Shown in pieces: positions 31,618-40,799 of a DNA stretch of 40,799 nucleotides. Each line of letters begins with the position of its first letter. Within the stretch, counting starts at the first letter, position 1. Origin of the DNA: an uncultured bacterium (GTDB taxonomy: Bacteria > SAR324 > NAC60-12); contig CAXGMD010000022.1 in assembly GCA_964010765.1 (NCBI GenBank), positions 1 through 40,799 of the forward strand. Reading direction: 5' to 3'. The notes beneath the pieces were generated by a model. It did no database searches. It worked only from the letters and a program-made list of their open reading frames with translations, and was not told the DNA's origin. The position numbers and the translations under genes were made by a program.

Positions 31618-32883
31618 TCAAATTGCGGGCTGTGGCGTACTGCGTTGCTGTCGCTGAATCAACCAGATCAGGGGTAACACAACCAGCAAGGTCAACATCG
31701 AAACTAGCCCGACCCGATCCATCCCTAGTAGATAGCCGTTCTCCATGGAGAGCAAACCCGTACTCCAGAAACCTCCGAGTCCCATCGTCATGTTGGACAC
31801 TATCATGCTCATCGCCATCAGACGTCCTCGAATTTCTTTCCCCGTCAGTTCAATCAGGATGGTTTGCAGTCCAGGCATCCGCATGGACCCACCGAGCATG
31901 ATGCCAAAGAACATGGCACCCATCCACGGCCCCGGTAGGAGATCTTGAGTGGAAAGCATCAGCACGGTCCCCATCAAGACAGAGCCGATCCCAATCAGAC
32001 TAAAGCGCAACCCTCGCTGCAACAGCCAACCAGCGAGCTGGTTCCCGATCAGGCTGCCAATTCCCCCCTGCATGTAGAAAAGACCAATTGCCGAAGCAGA
32101 GAGTCCGTAGTTGGTTGTCAGCCAAATGCTCATGTGCGGAATGAAACCAAACAGCCCGATCAGCATGAAGAACTGCATGGCAAACACCCAACGTACTTCC
32201 TGACGTTTCCAGAGACCAAACATCTGTAGATACTGACGACGAATCGTAATCTGTTCCGCTCCAGTAGCAATCGGTTGGATACTGGTCAACCAGAGCAAGG
32301 AGAGCAAACCACCCAGCCCAATCACACCGAAGGTCCAGCGCCAGGAGACCCATTCCGCCAAGGCAGATCCAACAGGGACACCGAGAATTGAAGCCAGCGT
32401 GAATCCCAGCATGATGTTTGTCAGTGCTCGGTTTCTTCGATTTCCTTGCAACGCATCTCCCGCATACGCCAGGCAATTCGGCATGATCGGTCCAGCAAAA
32501 GCTCCCGAAAGAACACGGAACAGAAAGAAGCTCTCCACACCTTGAGCGAGTGCACAGCCAAAGGTGGAGATCACAAAACCAGTTCCTAGGTAGAGCAGCA
32601 GCTGCTTGCGCCCCAATCGGTCTGACCAGGGAGCAAAAATAAAAGCTGAGACCGCTGCCGCTGCAGGATAGACAGAAACCAGCAGACCGCTACGAACTGG
32701 AGAAAGTCCCGTTGCTGCAGAAATCTCTGCGCTCAACGGAACCATGATCATGTGGTCGATCCATGAGAAAAGAGTCAGCAGGAAAAGGGGCAGCAGTAAG
32801 CCCCAGTACTGACGTTCAGCCTCTTCGTGCAAGCCAAGACGACGTTTCAGCCAGACAAGGCCACTCAATTGGGAAGGATTCAC
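31618..32883 (-). CDS. MFS transporter (drug/metabolite exporter-like)
   Basis: About 12 hydrophobic helices; motif A-like APWSDRLGRK; FRVLSGAFAG; SWRWTF. Confidence 0.9.
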   Translation of the reverse strand: MNPSQLSGLVWLKRRLGLHEEAERQYWGLLLPLFLLTLFSWIDHMIMVPLSAEISAATGLSPVRSGLLVSVYPAAAAVSAFIFAPWSDRLGRKQLLLYLGTGFVISTFGCALAQGVESFFLFRVLSGAFAGPIMPNCLAYAGDALQGNRRNRALTNIMLGFTLASILGVPVGSALAEWVSWRWTFGVIGLGGLLSLLWLTSIQPIATGAEQITIRRQYLQMFGLWKRQEVRWVFAMQFFMLIGLFGFIPHMSIWLTTNYGLSASAIGLFYMQGGIGSLIGNQLAGWLLQRGLRFSLIGIGSVLMGTVLMLSTQDLLPGPWMGAMFFGIMLGGSMRMPGLQTILIELTGKEIRGRLMAMSMIVSNMTMGLGGFWSTGLLSMENGYLLGMDRVGLVSMLTLLVVLPLIWLIQRQQRSTPQPAI

Positions 32884-33047
32884 ACGTGCTTTCGATTGGA
32901 CGAGAAAAATAACGGCAGGAGGGAACTTCTGCTGACAAACTCAAACGCTCAGTATGGCAGAGTTTTGGTGACTGGCAATCACAAGTCACTTTGTCTGACA
33001 AATCGCTTTTGGAGAGGAGAAAATCGGAGTGTTGAAAGAAAAATTAC

Positions 33048-33827
33048 TCAGAAATTATCAAAGCCGGGTGCAGCAGATTCAATGATTCGAACGTAGCGAG
33101 TAGTGAAGTCTTGGCATTGCTGGAGTGCTGCCTGTCCCTTGCTGAGCTCTGCTTGAGGATCCAGAGGCTCAAAGCGATGACGCTCTCTTCCGGTAGTTAA
33201 GTCCTCTTCCAGAAAATAGATTGTCTTCAGATCGGGACTGATAGCATGGCGTGGATTAATCGGAGTAACAGGATCCTGAACCACTGGTACTCGACTGGTC
33301 TGCGTCAATTGTCGGTACTTAGCCTCTGTGGAAGCAAGGTTCTGCTCACAAGCCGTAATCTGTTCCACGGTGCGCTGGTAATTGCAAAATTCAGCTTGGA
33401 GTGCGCAATCAAATTGGTTGCGAACTTCCTCGTTGAACACCAAGTACGCTCTTCCCTTGACCGTACTGAAAAAAGCGGATGAGGCAAAGGGAGTTGGTGG
33501 TTGCAATTCCTGGCTCTTTGGGAACCTGTAGATTTCACCGAGCCGGTCTACAAAATCTTTCCGGTCCCCTGGCAAAAAATAAGCAGGGATTTCGTATTCG
33601 ATCCCGGTAACCATGCGTTCGCGGTTGAGATCTAAGACAATCCGAATGTCTCGGCTTTCAAAGACGCCTCCCACAATCTGACCCGCCGCATTGGCCAGCA
33701 GCTGTTTGGGCTCTCCGTAGCGGCTACGGCATTGGGTCAACGATTCATTCAAACGAGCCTGTGACAGTTGTGGAACCAACGTCAAGAGGCCCAAGGCCAA
33801 GCAGATGGATTTCCAAGCACCTTTCAT
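33048..33827 (-). CDS. Secreted hypothetical protein
   Basis: Signal peptide ending SQA; SD GGAGAG; several Cys and a coiled-coil-like stretch; no family recognised. Confidence 0.7.
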   Translation of the reverse strand: MKGAWKSICLALGLLTLVPQLSQARLNESLTQCRSRYGEPKQLLANAAGQIVGGVFESRDIRIVLDLNRERMVTGIEYEIPAYFLPGDRKDFVDRLGEIYRFPKSQELQPPTPFASSAFFSTVKGRAYLVFNEEVRNQFDCALQAEFCNYQRTVEQITACEQNLASTEAKYRQLTQTSRVPVVQDPVTPINPRHAISPDLKTIYFLEEDLTTGRERHRFEPLDPQAELSKGQAALQQCQDFTTRYVRIIESAAPGFDNF

Positions 33828-33913
33828 GACAAACTCTCTCCCGACAGACAGCGTGGGGGTCGAATCAACCCTGTTTTCTCAGTTGAACCCAAATAGTGAT
33901 ATCGCCTAAGGCT

Positions 33914-33929
33914 TACAAAGGAGGTGCCA
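33914..33929 (-). promoter_or_regulatory. Candidate sigma54 (-24/-12) promoter
   Basis: TGGCAC-CTCCT-TTGTA versus consensus TGGCAC-N5-TTGCW, about 85 nt upstream of the ATG at 33827. Confidence 0.5.
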
Positions 33930-34345
33930 ACCAAGACGTTTCCTCAAAGTGTGCAGAATTTTGTTTCAGATGTACAGAAACTTAGGAAGTCCAAGACGCT
34001 GATGAATCACAACTTGACTCACAACCCACAGATCCATAGGCACAGAATACACAGCATTTGCTAGCGGGAGTTGTGATATCTTCATTGCAGACATGACAAC
34101 GAATACGCTGGAGTCATCGGTCAGAGGAATTGGCTACACAAATGATGTCCTGCGTTAGGAGCAGGTGAGGATGGAAACCGGCAGAGTTGTTTCAAAAGGA
34201 TCTGTTGTCAGTTTGGATTTTGCTTGCCTCTCCTTACGAATCTCGGATTGCACTTTGCACATCAGAAATCTCTGTGCTACAAAAATGTAACTTTTGATTG
34301 CATCTCACTGAAAATCCTAAAACTGCAAACACTACTAGAGGTTTC

Positions 34346-34756
34346 ATGTCCACCAGAATCCTAGCTGCTTTGCTCTTCTCCTCTTTGCTCTTCGGCTGCG
34401 GGGATGAGGGTACAATTTCCTATAAAGAGAAGATGCCGCCTACCGTTCCAGGCAACTTGGAGGCTGTCGCTGGTTCTCGGCAGATCACTCTCTCTTGGGA
34501 CGAAGTTAGTAATGCCAGCAACTATAGGATTTACTGGAATACTGAAGAAATTACAGAGAATCTAAAACATATAACGAACGCCGAAGGTGATCCGAATACC
34601 AGTATCACAGTTCAAACAATCAAGGATATTGTGACCAACTCATATGTTCATACTGGTCTGACGCCTGGCACGACTTACTACTACCGAGTGGCAGCTTTCA
34701 ACAAGGCAGGCTCAAAGGGTCTCTCAATAGAAGCTTCATCAAGTCCTTCTCTCTAG
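34346..34756 (+). CDS. Lipoprotein with one fibronectin type III domain
   Basis: SD GAGGT, ATG 34346, lipobox LFGC; PGNLEAVAGSRQITLSW..YRIYW..TGLTPGTTYYYRVAAFN. Confidence 0.88.
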   Translation: MSTRILAALLFSSLLFGCGDEGTISYKEKMPPTVPGNLEAVAGSRQITLSWDEVSNASNYRIYWNTEEITENLKHITNAEGDPNTSITVQTIKDIVTNSYVHTGLTPGTTYYYRVAAFNKAGSKGLSIEASSSPSL

Positions 34757-34808
34757 TTCAACTGATTTTCTACATTATTTTAGCAGCGAGCAATAAGCAT
34801 TCAAAAGA

Positions 34809-37800
34809 TTAGTCATTGTCAGTAGTAGTCACCGTCACGCTTTGATTGTCGAGCATATCGTATTTTGCATCAAGCGTATTGTTAGTGTTGATCGCCACAG
34901 TAATAGTGCTGGTTACATTGTCGTCGTCAATGTTGTCATCAACCCCTGTAATTGTTACGGTCTGAGCACTATTCCAATCCGAAGGAGTAAAGGTCAGTGT
35001 AGAAGCTGAAAGAGTTGTCTCGTTATCACTGTTTGTCAGCGAGAAGACCACATTGCCTGTTGGTTCACTACCCAGCACAACAGTGAAAGTATCGGTACTG
35101 CCACTCTCAGATACTACCATCGAGCTGCCAGACTCAGTGACTACGAAAGCGGCAGTATCATTGTCGGTAGTAGTCACCGTTACGCTTCGATTGTCCAGAG
35201 TATCATACTTCGTATCAGCTGTACTGCTCTGATTGATAGCCACAGTAATAGTGCTGGTCACATTGTCATCACTCACATTGTCGTTGACTCCTGTCACCGT
35301 AACCGTCTGTGCAGTGTTCCAGTTGGATGAAGTGAAGGTCAATGTCGATGAGGAGAGGCTGATCTCCGAGTCATCACTGTCATTATCACTCAATGAAAAA
35401 GCTACATTGCCAGTCGGCTCACTACCCAGTACAACCGTGAAAGTATCGGTACTACCACTCTCCGAAACTGCTGTCGAACCCCCAGTCTCTGCAATAGAAA
35501 AGGCAGAGGTATCGCCATCACTGGTGCTAACGGTCACACTCTGACTGGAAAGTAAATCGTACTTTGAGTCACCAGTACTGGCAGTGTTGATCGCTACTGC
35601 AATTGTGCTGTTCACTGAGCCATCATCCACATCATCATTCACTCCCGTCACTGTAACCGTCTGAGTGGTATTCCAGTTTGATGAAGTGAAGGACAGTGTG
35701 GAAGGGGAAACAGTAGCTTCACTGCTGTCACCGGCCATCACACTGAAAACCACGTCATCGGTTGGTTGACTACTAAGAACAACCGTGAAAGTGTCAGTGC
35801 TGCCACTCTCGGCAACAGAGGTTGAGTTGTTGGTCTGCACAATTGTGAAAGAGGCCGTGTCGCTGTCACTGGTAGTGACACTAACACTTTGACTGGAGAG
35901 CGCATCGTAATTGGTGTCGGCTGTATTGCCGGTGTTGATGGCAACGGTCACAGTGCTTGTCACACTGTCGTCATCTAGATTGTCACTGACTCCGGTGACA
36001 GTGACCGTCTGGGCATTGTTCCAATTAGATGAAGTGAAAGTCAGTGTCGAGGGCGAAATACTGACCTCACTACTGTCACTTGCGCCTAGTGAAAATGCAA
36101 CGTTGCCCGTTGGCTGAGAACCCAGCACAACTGTGAAATTATCCGCGCTGCCACTTTCATCCACGATTGTAGAACCACTGGTCTGGGTAACCGTGAAAGA
36201 AGCGTTATCATCATCGGTGATTGTCACAGTCGTCTGCTGCGTACCGTTTTCAGCCACACTGTTGGCCCCGGAGACACTACTGATGTCAACAACGATTGCC
36301 TCCCCATCATCATCCAGCTGGTCGGTAATCGCTGTCAATGTAGCCGTACCAGAGGTACTGCCTGCGGAGATGGTGATCGTACTACTGGAGATTGAATAGT
36401 CAGCGTTAAGTGTCGCATTGCCAGAGGTATTCAGGTTCACCGTGGTGTCCGATGCTGTCACAACATTTTGTGTTGCCGTCAAGGTGGAAGTCCCTCCGTT
36501 TTCGGCTACTGAGGAACTTGAGGCTGTCAGTGTCACCAAAGGTGAGGCCTCATCGTCGCTAGTGGTGATGCTGACACTTTGGCTGGAGAGCGCATCATAC
36601 TTTGTATCGGCCGTGCTACTGGTGTTAATCGCCACAGTGAGCGTACTACCGATTGAGCCATCACTGATTGTATCGGCGACACCCGTGATAGTAACTGTCT
36701 GAGCAGTGCTCCAGTTGTCTGTACCAAAACCCAGTGAGGATGGATAGACACTGGCTTCACTGCTGTCGCTGGCACTCAGACTTAAGACTACATCTCCGGT
36801 GGGCTGACTGCCTAGCACAATGGTCAGGGTGTCCGTACCACCGCTCTCAGCCACAGAGGTTGAGCCACTGGACTCGGCAATTGTAAAAGCAGCAGTATCA
36901 TCATCAATAATTGAGACGACCAGTTGCTGTATGCCGCTTTCACTGGCTCCGTTGCCCCCAGAGACGCCACTGATGTCCACAATAATTGTCTCTGAATCTT
37001 CGTCAGTCTGATCTGCGATTCCTGTCAGAGTCACCGTACCAGAAGTACTGCCGGCGGCGATTGTCAGTGTTGTGCTCGAGATTGAATAGTCTGTGCTCAA
37101 AACACCCGTGCCGGAAGTGTAAAGGGCAACCATAGTGTCAGCTGTGGCGGCGGCACTCATCGTCACTGTCAGAGTGACCGTTCCTCCACTCTCAGCAAGG
37201 TTCAAAGAAGAAGCTGCCAGGGTCAATGTAGGAACTGAATCGTTGTCTGTCGTAGTGACGCTCACGCTTTTGTTGTCCAGAGCATCGTACTTTGTATCGG
37301 CTGTGCCGCTCTGGTTGATCGCCACAGTAATCGTGCTCGTTACATTGTCGTCGTCGATGTTGTCATCAACCCCAGTGATCGTCACGTCCTGCGCGCTGTT
37401 CCAATTCGACGGGGTAAAGGTCAGCGTTGAGGCTGAAAGACTGGTTTCATTATCGCTGTTTGTCAGCGATAAGACTACACTTCCCGTAGGCTCGCTACTC
37501 AGCGTAACAACTATGGCGTCGGTACTACCACTCTCAGCCACCACTGTTGAGCCACCAGATTCGGTAACCGTGAAGGCGGCAGTGTCATCATCAGTCGTGC
37601 TCACCGTTACACTCTGACTGGAGAGTGCATCATACTTAGTGTCAGCTGTGTTGCTCTGGTTGATGGCAACAGTAATCGTACTGGTCACATTGTCATCACT
37701 AACGTTGTCGTTGACACCGGTCACCGTCACCGTCTGTGCTGTACTCCAGTTCGAAGTGCTAAAGGTAAGTACCGAGGCTGAAAGAGAAACCTCAGTACCA

Positions 37801-39611
37801 TCAACGGCCGTCAGTGAAAAGACCACGTTACCGGTCGGTTCACTACCCAGCACAACACTGAAAGTATCTGTCCCTCCACTCTCACTGACCAAGGTTGCAT
37901 TGTCCGTCTCTGCAATGGTGAAGGTCGCCGCATCAACACCGTCAGTAGTGGTCACGCTCACACTCTGACTCGAGAGCGCATCGTACTTAGCATCATTCGT
38001 GCTCCCTTGGTTGATGGCCACGGTGATCGTGCTGGTCACATTATCATCACTGACGTTGTCATTGACACCGGTCACTGTCACGGTCTGAGCACTGTTCCAG
38101 TTTAATGAAGTGAAGGTCAGTGTTGAAGCTGACAGGGTGGCTTCGGTGCTGTCACTGGCCGACAGATCAAAAATTACGTTGCCAGTCGGTTCACTACCCA
38201 GCACAACAGTGAAATCATCGCTACTGCCGCTCTCCGCCACTGAGGTCGAACCGCTCGATTGAGTGACCGTGAAAGCGGCTGTGTCGTCGTCGGTAATCGT
38301 GATGCTAACTTGCTGATTTCCGCTCTCACTGGCTCCGTTGCCTCCAGAAACACCGCTCACATCCACAGTGATCGTCTCCGATTCCTCATCAACCTGATCG
38401 GCAATTGCCGTCGTCGTAGCTGTGCCGCTTGTGCTACCTGCCGGGATGATGATGGAAGTGCTTGAGACCGAATAGTCGGTGTTAAGGGTTGCGTTGCCTG
38501 AAATGTTTAGACTCACTGTCGTCGCGCTGCCGGCACCCAGGCTCAGTGTCGCTGTTAGGGTTGCCGCTCCTAGATTCTCCGCCACTGAGACATCCGAGCT
38601 AGTTAGCGTGACAGTTGGGGTAGCGTCATTATCACTGATGGTGGTCACCACACTATGACTGGCCAAGGCGTCATAGCCTGAGTCCTTGGTCTCATCTTGG
38701 TTGATCGCCACAGTGATCGCCCCGGAAATGGTCCCATCGCTGATAGCATCATCCAGCCCAGTGACCGTTACCTCCCGAGAAACACTCCAGTTATCCTTGC
38801 CAAAAGTCAGTTTTGATGGGTAGACACTAGCCTCGGTGGTGTCGCTGCTTACGAGGTCAAAAACCACGTTGCCAGTTGGAGCCGAGGTCAACACAACCGA
38901 GAAATTATCGGTACTTCCACTTTCAGCCAGAGTAGTTGCATTGTCAGACAGCGTGACGGTGAAACCCGGCTCCGTTGTCGTGAAATTGTCCAGTATCGAA
39001 CCAAGATTTTTTAGAGCAGTATCGTTATCAATCTTGCTGTCCAGGCCCTGCTGCTTCATTGTCGTGTGCAGATGTGCTAGGGCAGTTGCCGCAGAAATCA
39101 TCGTTTTGCCTACTGCAGAAGTGACCGCTAAAGTAGCATTGTCGAAAGCATCCACCGAGACATCGAAATTGACGGACTTTGCGGCCAGGGTGGTCTTTGT
39201 GGAATCACTAATGCTGATGCCATTGCTTGGGTCTCCATCAGCATCCAAGGTCTGCAAAAGGCGACTTAGGTTGACGACCTTCTGGTCAGCTGTTCCGGAA
39301 GCACCCATTACCTCAACCGGGGTCAGCTTGGCTGCACCAATCACACTACCCAATGAAATACCACCAATGGTAAAGCTAACCTGATCGCCAGGGTTGTAGT
39401 AGAATGTGCCTCCAGAGTCTGTTGTGCCTCCAAGACCGCTACTGGTCGAATAGTCCACACCCCTGACTGCACTATCTAGAAAGACTCCTGGTGAGCCCTC
39501 TCGCGCTACATTGTCTGCAGTGATCACTTCATCTTCTGTGGGTGCACAACTCGAGATAAGTAACACCAAAGATCCAGTGACAACTATTATCTTTTTCTTA
39601 AAACAGTTCAT
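34809..39611 (-). CDS. Large repetitive surface lipoprotein/adhesin (1600 aa) with 12 Calx-beta/Ig-like repeats
   Basis: Lipobox ISSC; N-domain FLDSAVRGVDY..TDSGGTFYYNPG..LLQTLDADGDPSNGI; Thr/Ser/Asp-rich repeats of about 110-115 aa ending in D[ND]D-like motifs. Confidence 0.9.
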   Translation of the reverse strand: MNCFKKKIIVVTGSLVLLISSCAPTEDEVITADNVAREGSPGVFLDSAVRGVDYSTSSGLGGTTDSGGTFYYNPGDQVSFTIGGISLGSVIGAAKLTPVEVMGASGTADQKVVNLSRLLQTLDADGDPSNGISISDSTKTTLAAKSVNFDVSVDAFDNATLAVTSAVGKTMISAATALAHLHTTMKQQGLDSKIDNDTALKNLGSILDNFTTTEPGFTVTLSDNATTLAESGSTDNFSVVLTSAPTGNVVFDLVSSDTTEASVYPSKLTFGKDNWSVSREVTVTGLDDAISDGTISGAITVAINQDETKDSGYDALASHSVVTTISDNDATPTVTLTSSDVSVAENLGAATLTATLSLGAGSATTVSLNISGNATLNTDYSVSSTSIIIPAGSTSGTATTTAIADQVDEESETITVDVSGVSGGNGASESGNQQVSITITDDDTAAFTVTQSSGSTSVAESGSSDDFTVVLGSEPTGNVIFDLSASDSTEATLSASTLTFTSLNWNSAQTVTVTGVNDNVSDDNVTSTITVAINQGSTNDAKYDALSSQSVSVTTTDGVDAATFTIAETDNATLVSESGGTDTFSVVLGSEPTGNVVFSLTAVDGTEVSLSASVLTFSTSNWSTAQTVTVTGVNDNVSDDNVTSTITVAINQSNTADTKYDALSSQSVTVSTTDDDTAAFTVTESGGSTVVAESGSTDAIVVTLSSEPTGSVVLSLTNSDNETSLSASTLTFTPSNWNSAQDVTITGVDDNIDDDNVTSTITVAINQSGTADTKYDALDNKSVSVTTTDNDSVPTLTLAASSLNLAESGGTVTLTVTMSAAATADTMVALYTSGTGVLSTDYSISSTTLTIAAGSTSGTVTLTGIADQTDEDSETIIVDISGVSGGNGASESGIQQLVVSIIDDDTAAFTIAESSGSTSVAESGGTDTLTIVLGSQPTGDVVLSLSASDSSEASVYPSSLGFGTDNWSTAQTVTITGVADTISDGSIGSTLTVAINTSSTADTKYDALSSQSVSITTSDDEASPLVTLTASSSSVAENGGTSTLTATQNVVTASDTTVNLNTSGNATLNADYSISSSTITISAGSTSGTATLTAITDQLDDDGEAIVVDISSVSGANSVAENGTQQTTVTITDDDNASFTVTQTSGSTIVDESGSADNFTVVLGSQPTGNVAFSLGASDSSEVSISPSTLTFTSSNWNNAQTVTVTGVSDNLDDDSVTSTVTVAINTGNTADTNYDALSSQSVSVTTSDSDTASFTIVQTNNSTSVAESGSTDTFTVVLSSQPTDDVVFSVMAGDSSEATVSPSTLSFTSSNWNTTQTVTVTGVNDDVDDGSVNSTIAVAINTASTGDSKYDLLSSQSVTVSTSDGDTSAFSIAETGGSTAVSESGSTDTFTVVLGSEPTGNVAFSLSDNDSDDSEISLSSSTLTFTSSNWNTAQTVTVTGVNDNVSDDNVTSTITVAINQSSTADTKYDTLDNRSVTVTTTDNDTAAFVVTESGSSMVVSESGSTDTFTVVLGSEPTGNVVFSLTNSDNETTLSASTLTFTPSDWNSAQTVTITGVDDNIDDDNVTSTITVAINTNNTLDAKYDMLDNQSVTVTTTDND
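34812..38970 (-). repeat. Intragenic array of two repeat types in order A B A A A B A B A A A A
   Basis: Type A (9 copies): ESGSTD.FTVVLGSEPTGNV..LTFT..NW..AQTVTVTG. Type B (3 copies): P.VTL......E..G...LT.T..DYS.SS..I.I.AGSTSGT. Confidence 0.85.
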
Positions 39612-39776
39612 CTCTGTTTTCTCTAACTTAAATTTATTTGGTCTAAATATGATTGAATTTTACTCGGGAAACATTGTTAAATTTGTCAATAGTGTGAATC
39701 TTTTTTTACATAGCAAAGAAATAAATAGCAGTAAAAGTTAGTATAACAGTGAAACAATTTTACTATTTAGTCATTT

Positions 39777-40799
39777 TCAGAAATCGCTAATACCATTCAT
39801 AAATACATAGTTGGTATGATAACCTTCTACCTTCCAATATTGCCTTAACACGGAACCTCCGGTCCATTCACTCTGAAGCCTCTCGTAACTGTACGTTTGA
39901 CCACCTATCAGCTGAATACTGCCATCTCTATTCGATGCTCCATGTAAACCAGACCAATCTTCTATAACAGTTGTACCATTGATAATGGTTCTTGAACCAT
40001 CATCGTCTTGGTTACGGAAACGTACTGTGTACAATTCACCCGCTGTGCCCGGCATTGTGAACTGACCTGTCAATTTTACAACCACATAATCTCTTCTGCC
40101 AGAGTCTAATACAAGGCCAGTACCCCAATTATAGTTGACATCACCAGTTATTGTGCCAGAGGAAAGTATATTAGAAGAAGATGTAGCGCAGGGCCAACTA
40201 CTACCACAGTACCACGTTTCATATTTTAAGCCTTTGTGTACTTCTTTATTTGAAACTGTACTTGAAAAATTGTTAATACCATTCATAAATACATAGTTGG
40301 TATGATAACCCTCTACCTTCCAATATTGCCTTAACACAGAATGTCCACCCCATTCACTCTGAAGCCTCTCGTAACTGTACATTTGACCACCTATCAGCTG
40401 AATACTGCCATCTCTATTCGATGCTCCATGTAAACCAGACCAATCTTCTATAACAGTTGTACCATTGATAATGGTTCTTGAACCATCATCGTCTTGGTTA
40501 CGGAAACGTACTGTGTACAATTCACCCGCTGTGCCCGGCATTGTGAACTGACCTGTCAATTTTACAACCACATAATCTCTTCTGCCAGAGTCTAATACAA
40601 GGCCAGTACCCCAATTATAGTTGACATCACCAGTTATTGTGCCAGAGGAAAGTATATTAGAAGAAGATGTAGCGCAGGGCCAACTACTACCACAGTACCA
40701 CGTTTCGTATTTTAAGCCTGGCTGAGTAGCAACATCGTTATCAATGATCGTTACTGTTGCCGTGTCCGTGATCTCTACACCACTGTGGCTGACTCCACT
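39777..40799 (-). CDS. 3' end of a surface adhesin: tail of a Calx-beta-like domain followed by two PA14-like lectin domains; 5' end lies outside the window
   Basis: Frame is open from 40799 (SGVSHSGVEITDTATVTIIDND..GLKYETW). Each domain has VNYNWGTG..DYVVVKLTG..QDDDGSR..ING...IEDW..HG..EWxGx..W. Confidence 0.85.
   Translation of the reverse strand, partial: SGVSHSGVEITDTATVTIIDNDVATQPGLKYETWYCGSSWPCATSSSNILSSGTITGDVNYNWGTGLVLDSGRRDYVVVKLTGQFTMPGTAGELYTVRFRNQDDDGSRTIINGTTVIEDWSGLHGASNRDGSIQLIGGQMYSYERLQSEWGGHSVLRQYWKVEGYHTNYVFMNGINNFSSTVSNKEVHKGLKYETWYCGSSWPCATSSSNILSSGTITGDVNYNWGTGLVLDSGRRDYVVVKLTGQFTMPGTAGELYTVRFRNQDDDGSRTIINGTTVIEDWSGLHGASNRDGSIQLIGGQTYSYERLQSEWTGGSVLRQYWKVEGYHTNYVFMNGISDF
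39788..40719. repeat. Near-perfect 446-bp direct repeat (39788-40233 and 40274-40719, period 486 bp)
   Basis: By-eye alignment gives 9 mismatches, 6 of them within a 12-bp patch. Confidence 0.95.

Noticed and set aside
34171..34290. 39-codon plus-strand ORF (METGRVVSKG...) upstream of the FN3 lipoprotein
   Set aside because: An SD-like AGGAG is present, but the peptide has no recognisable features and an ORF this short is expected by chance.
34809..38970. CRISPR-like or non-coding repeat array
   Set aside because: The repeats are degenerate protein-domain repeats of about 340 bp inside one ORF; there are no short identical repeats with spacers and no cas genes.
39788..40719. Diversity-generating retroelement TR/VR pair
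   Set aside because: Mismatches are not adenine-specific in either copy (GGT/ACC, CAT/GGT, TCT/TCC). Both copies are in-frame coding domains, and there is no reverse transcriptase in the window.

Overview
Bacterial chromosomal window of about 50% GC, mostly minus-strand genes. The RpoB/RpoC and Nuo sequences look delta-proteobacteria-like, possibly a marine SAR324-type lineage; this is an impression, not tested. Left to right: (1) 5' part of a membrane chemoreceptor-like sensor with a duplicated Cache-type region, cut by the window edge. (2) A tightly packed accessory block: L7/L12-CTD-like membrane protein, MBL hydrolase, TPR protein, small membrane protein, orphan amino-DNA methyltransferase, phage-type 'PGPW...AAAP' protein, SAM methyltransferase. 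(3) A rearranged housekeeping run transcribed nuoE-F-G-J-K-L, rpoB-rpoC, tkt-rpiA-gap, with no nuoH/I/M/N and no rplKAJL next to it. (4) LptE-like lipoprotein and MlaF-like ATPase, plus a type-B L36 gene missing from the ORF track. (5) An HTTM/DCC1/SdpA-like fusion gene preceded by a three-hairpin candidate RNA, the DUF1611-epimerase (DgcN/DgcA-like) pair, an MFS transporter and a secreted protein. (6) A surface-adhesin region: FN3 lipoprotein, a 1600-aa lipoprotein with 12 Calx-beta/Ig-like repeats, and the 3' end of another adhesin with two almost identical PA14-like domains that differ mainly in the predicted sugar-specificity loop. No rRNA, tRNA, CRISPR array, transposase, integrase or reverse transcriptase was seen. 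The best novelty candidates are the structured RNA upstream of the HTTM fusion, the twin PA14 tips, the phage-protein/MTase block and a possible rpoB leader ORF.
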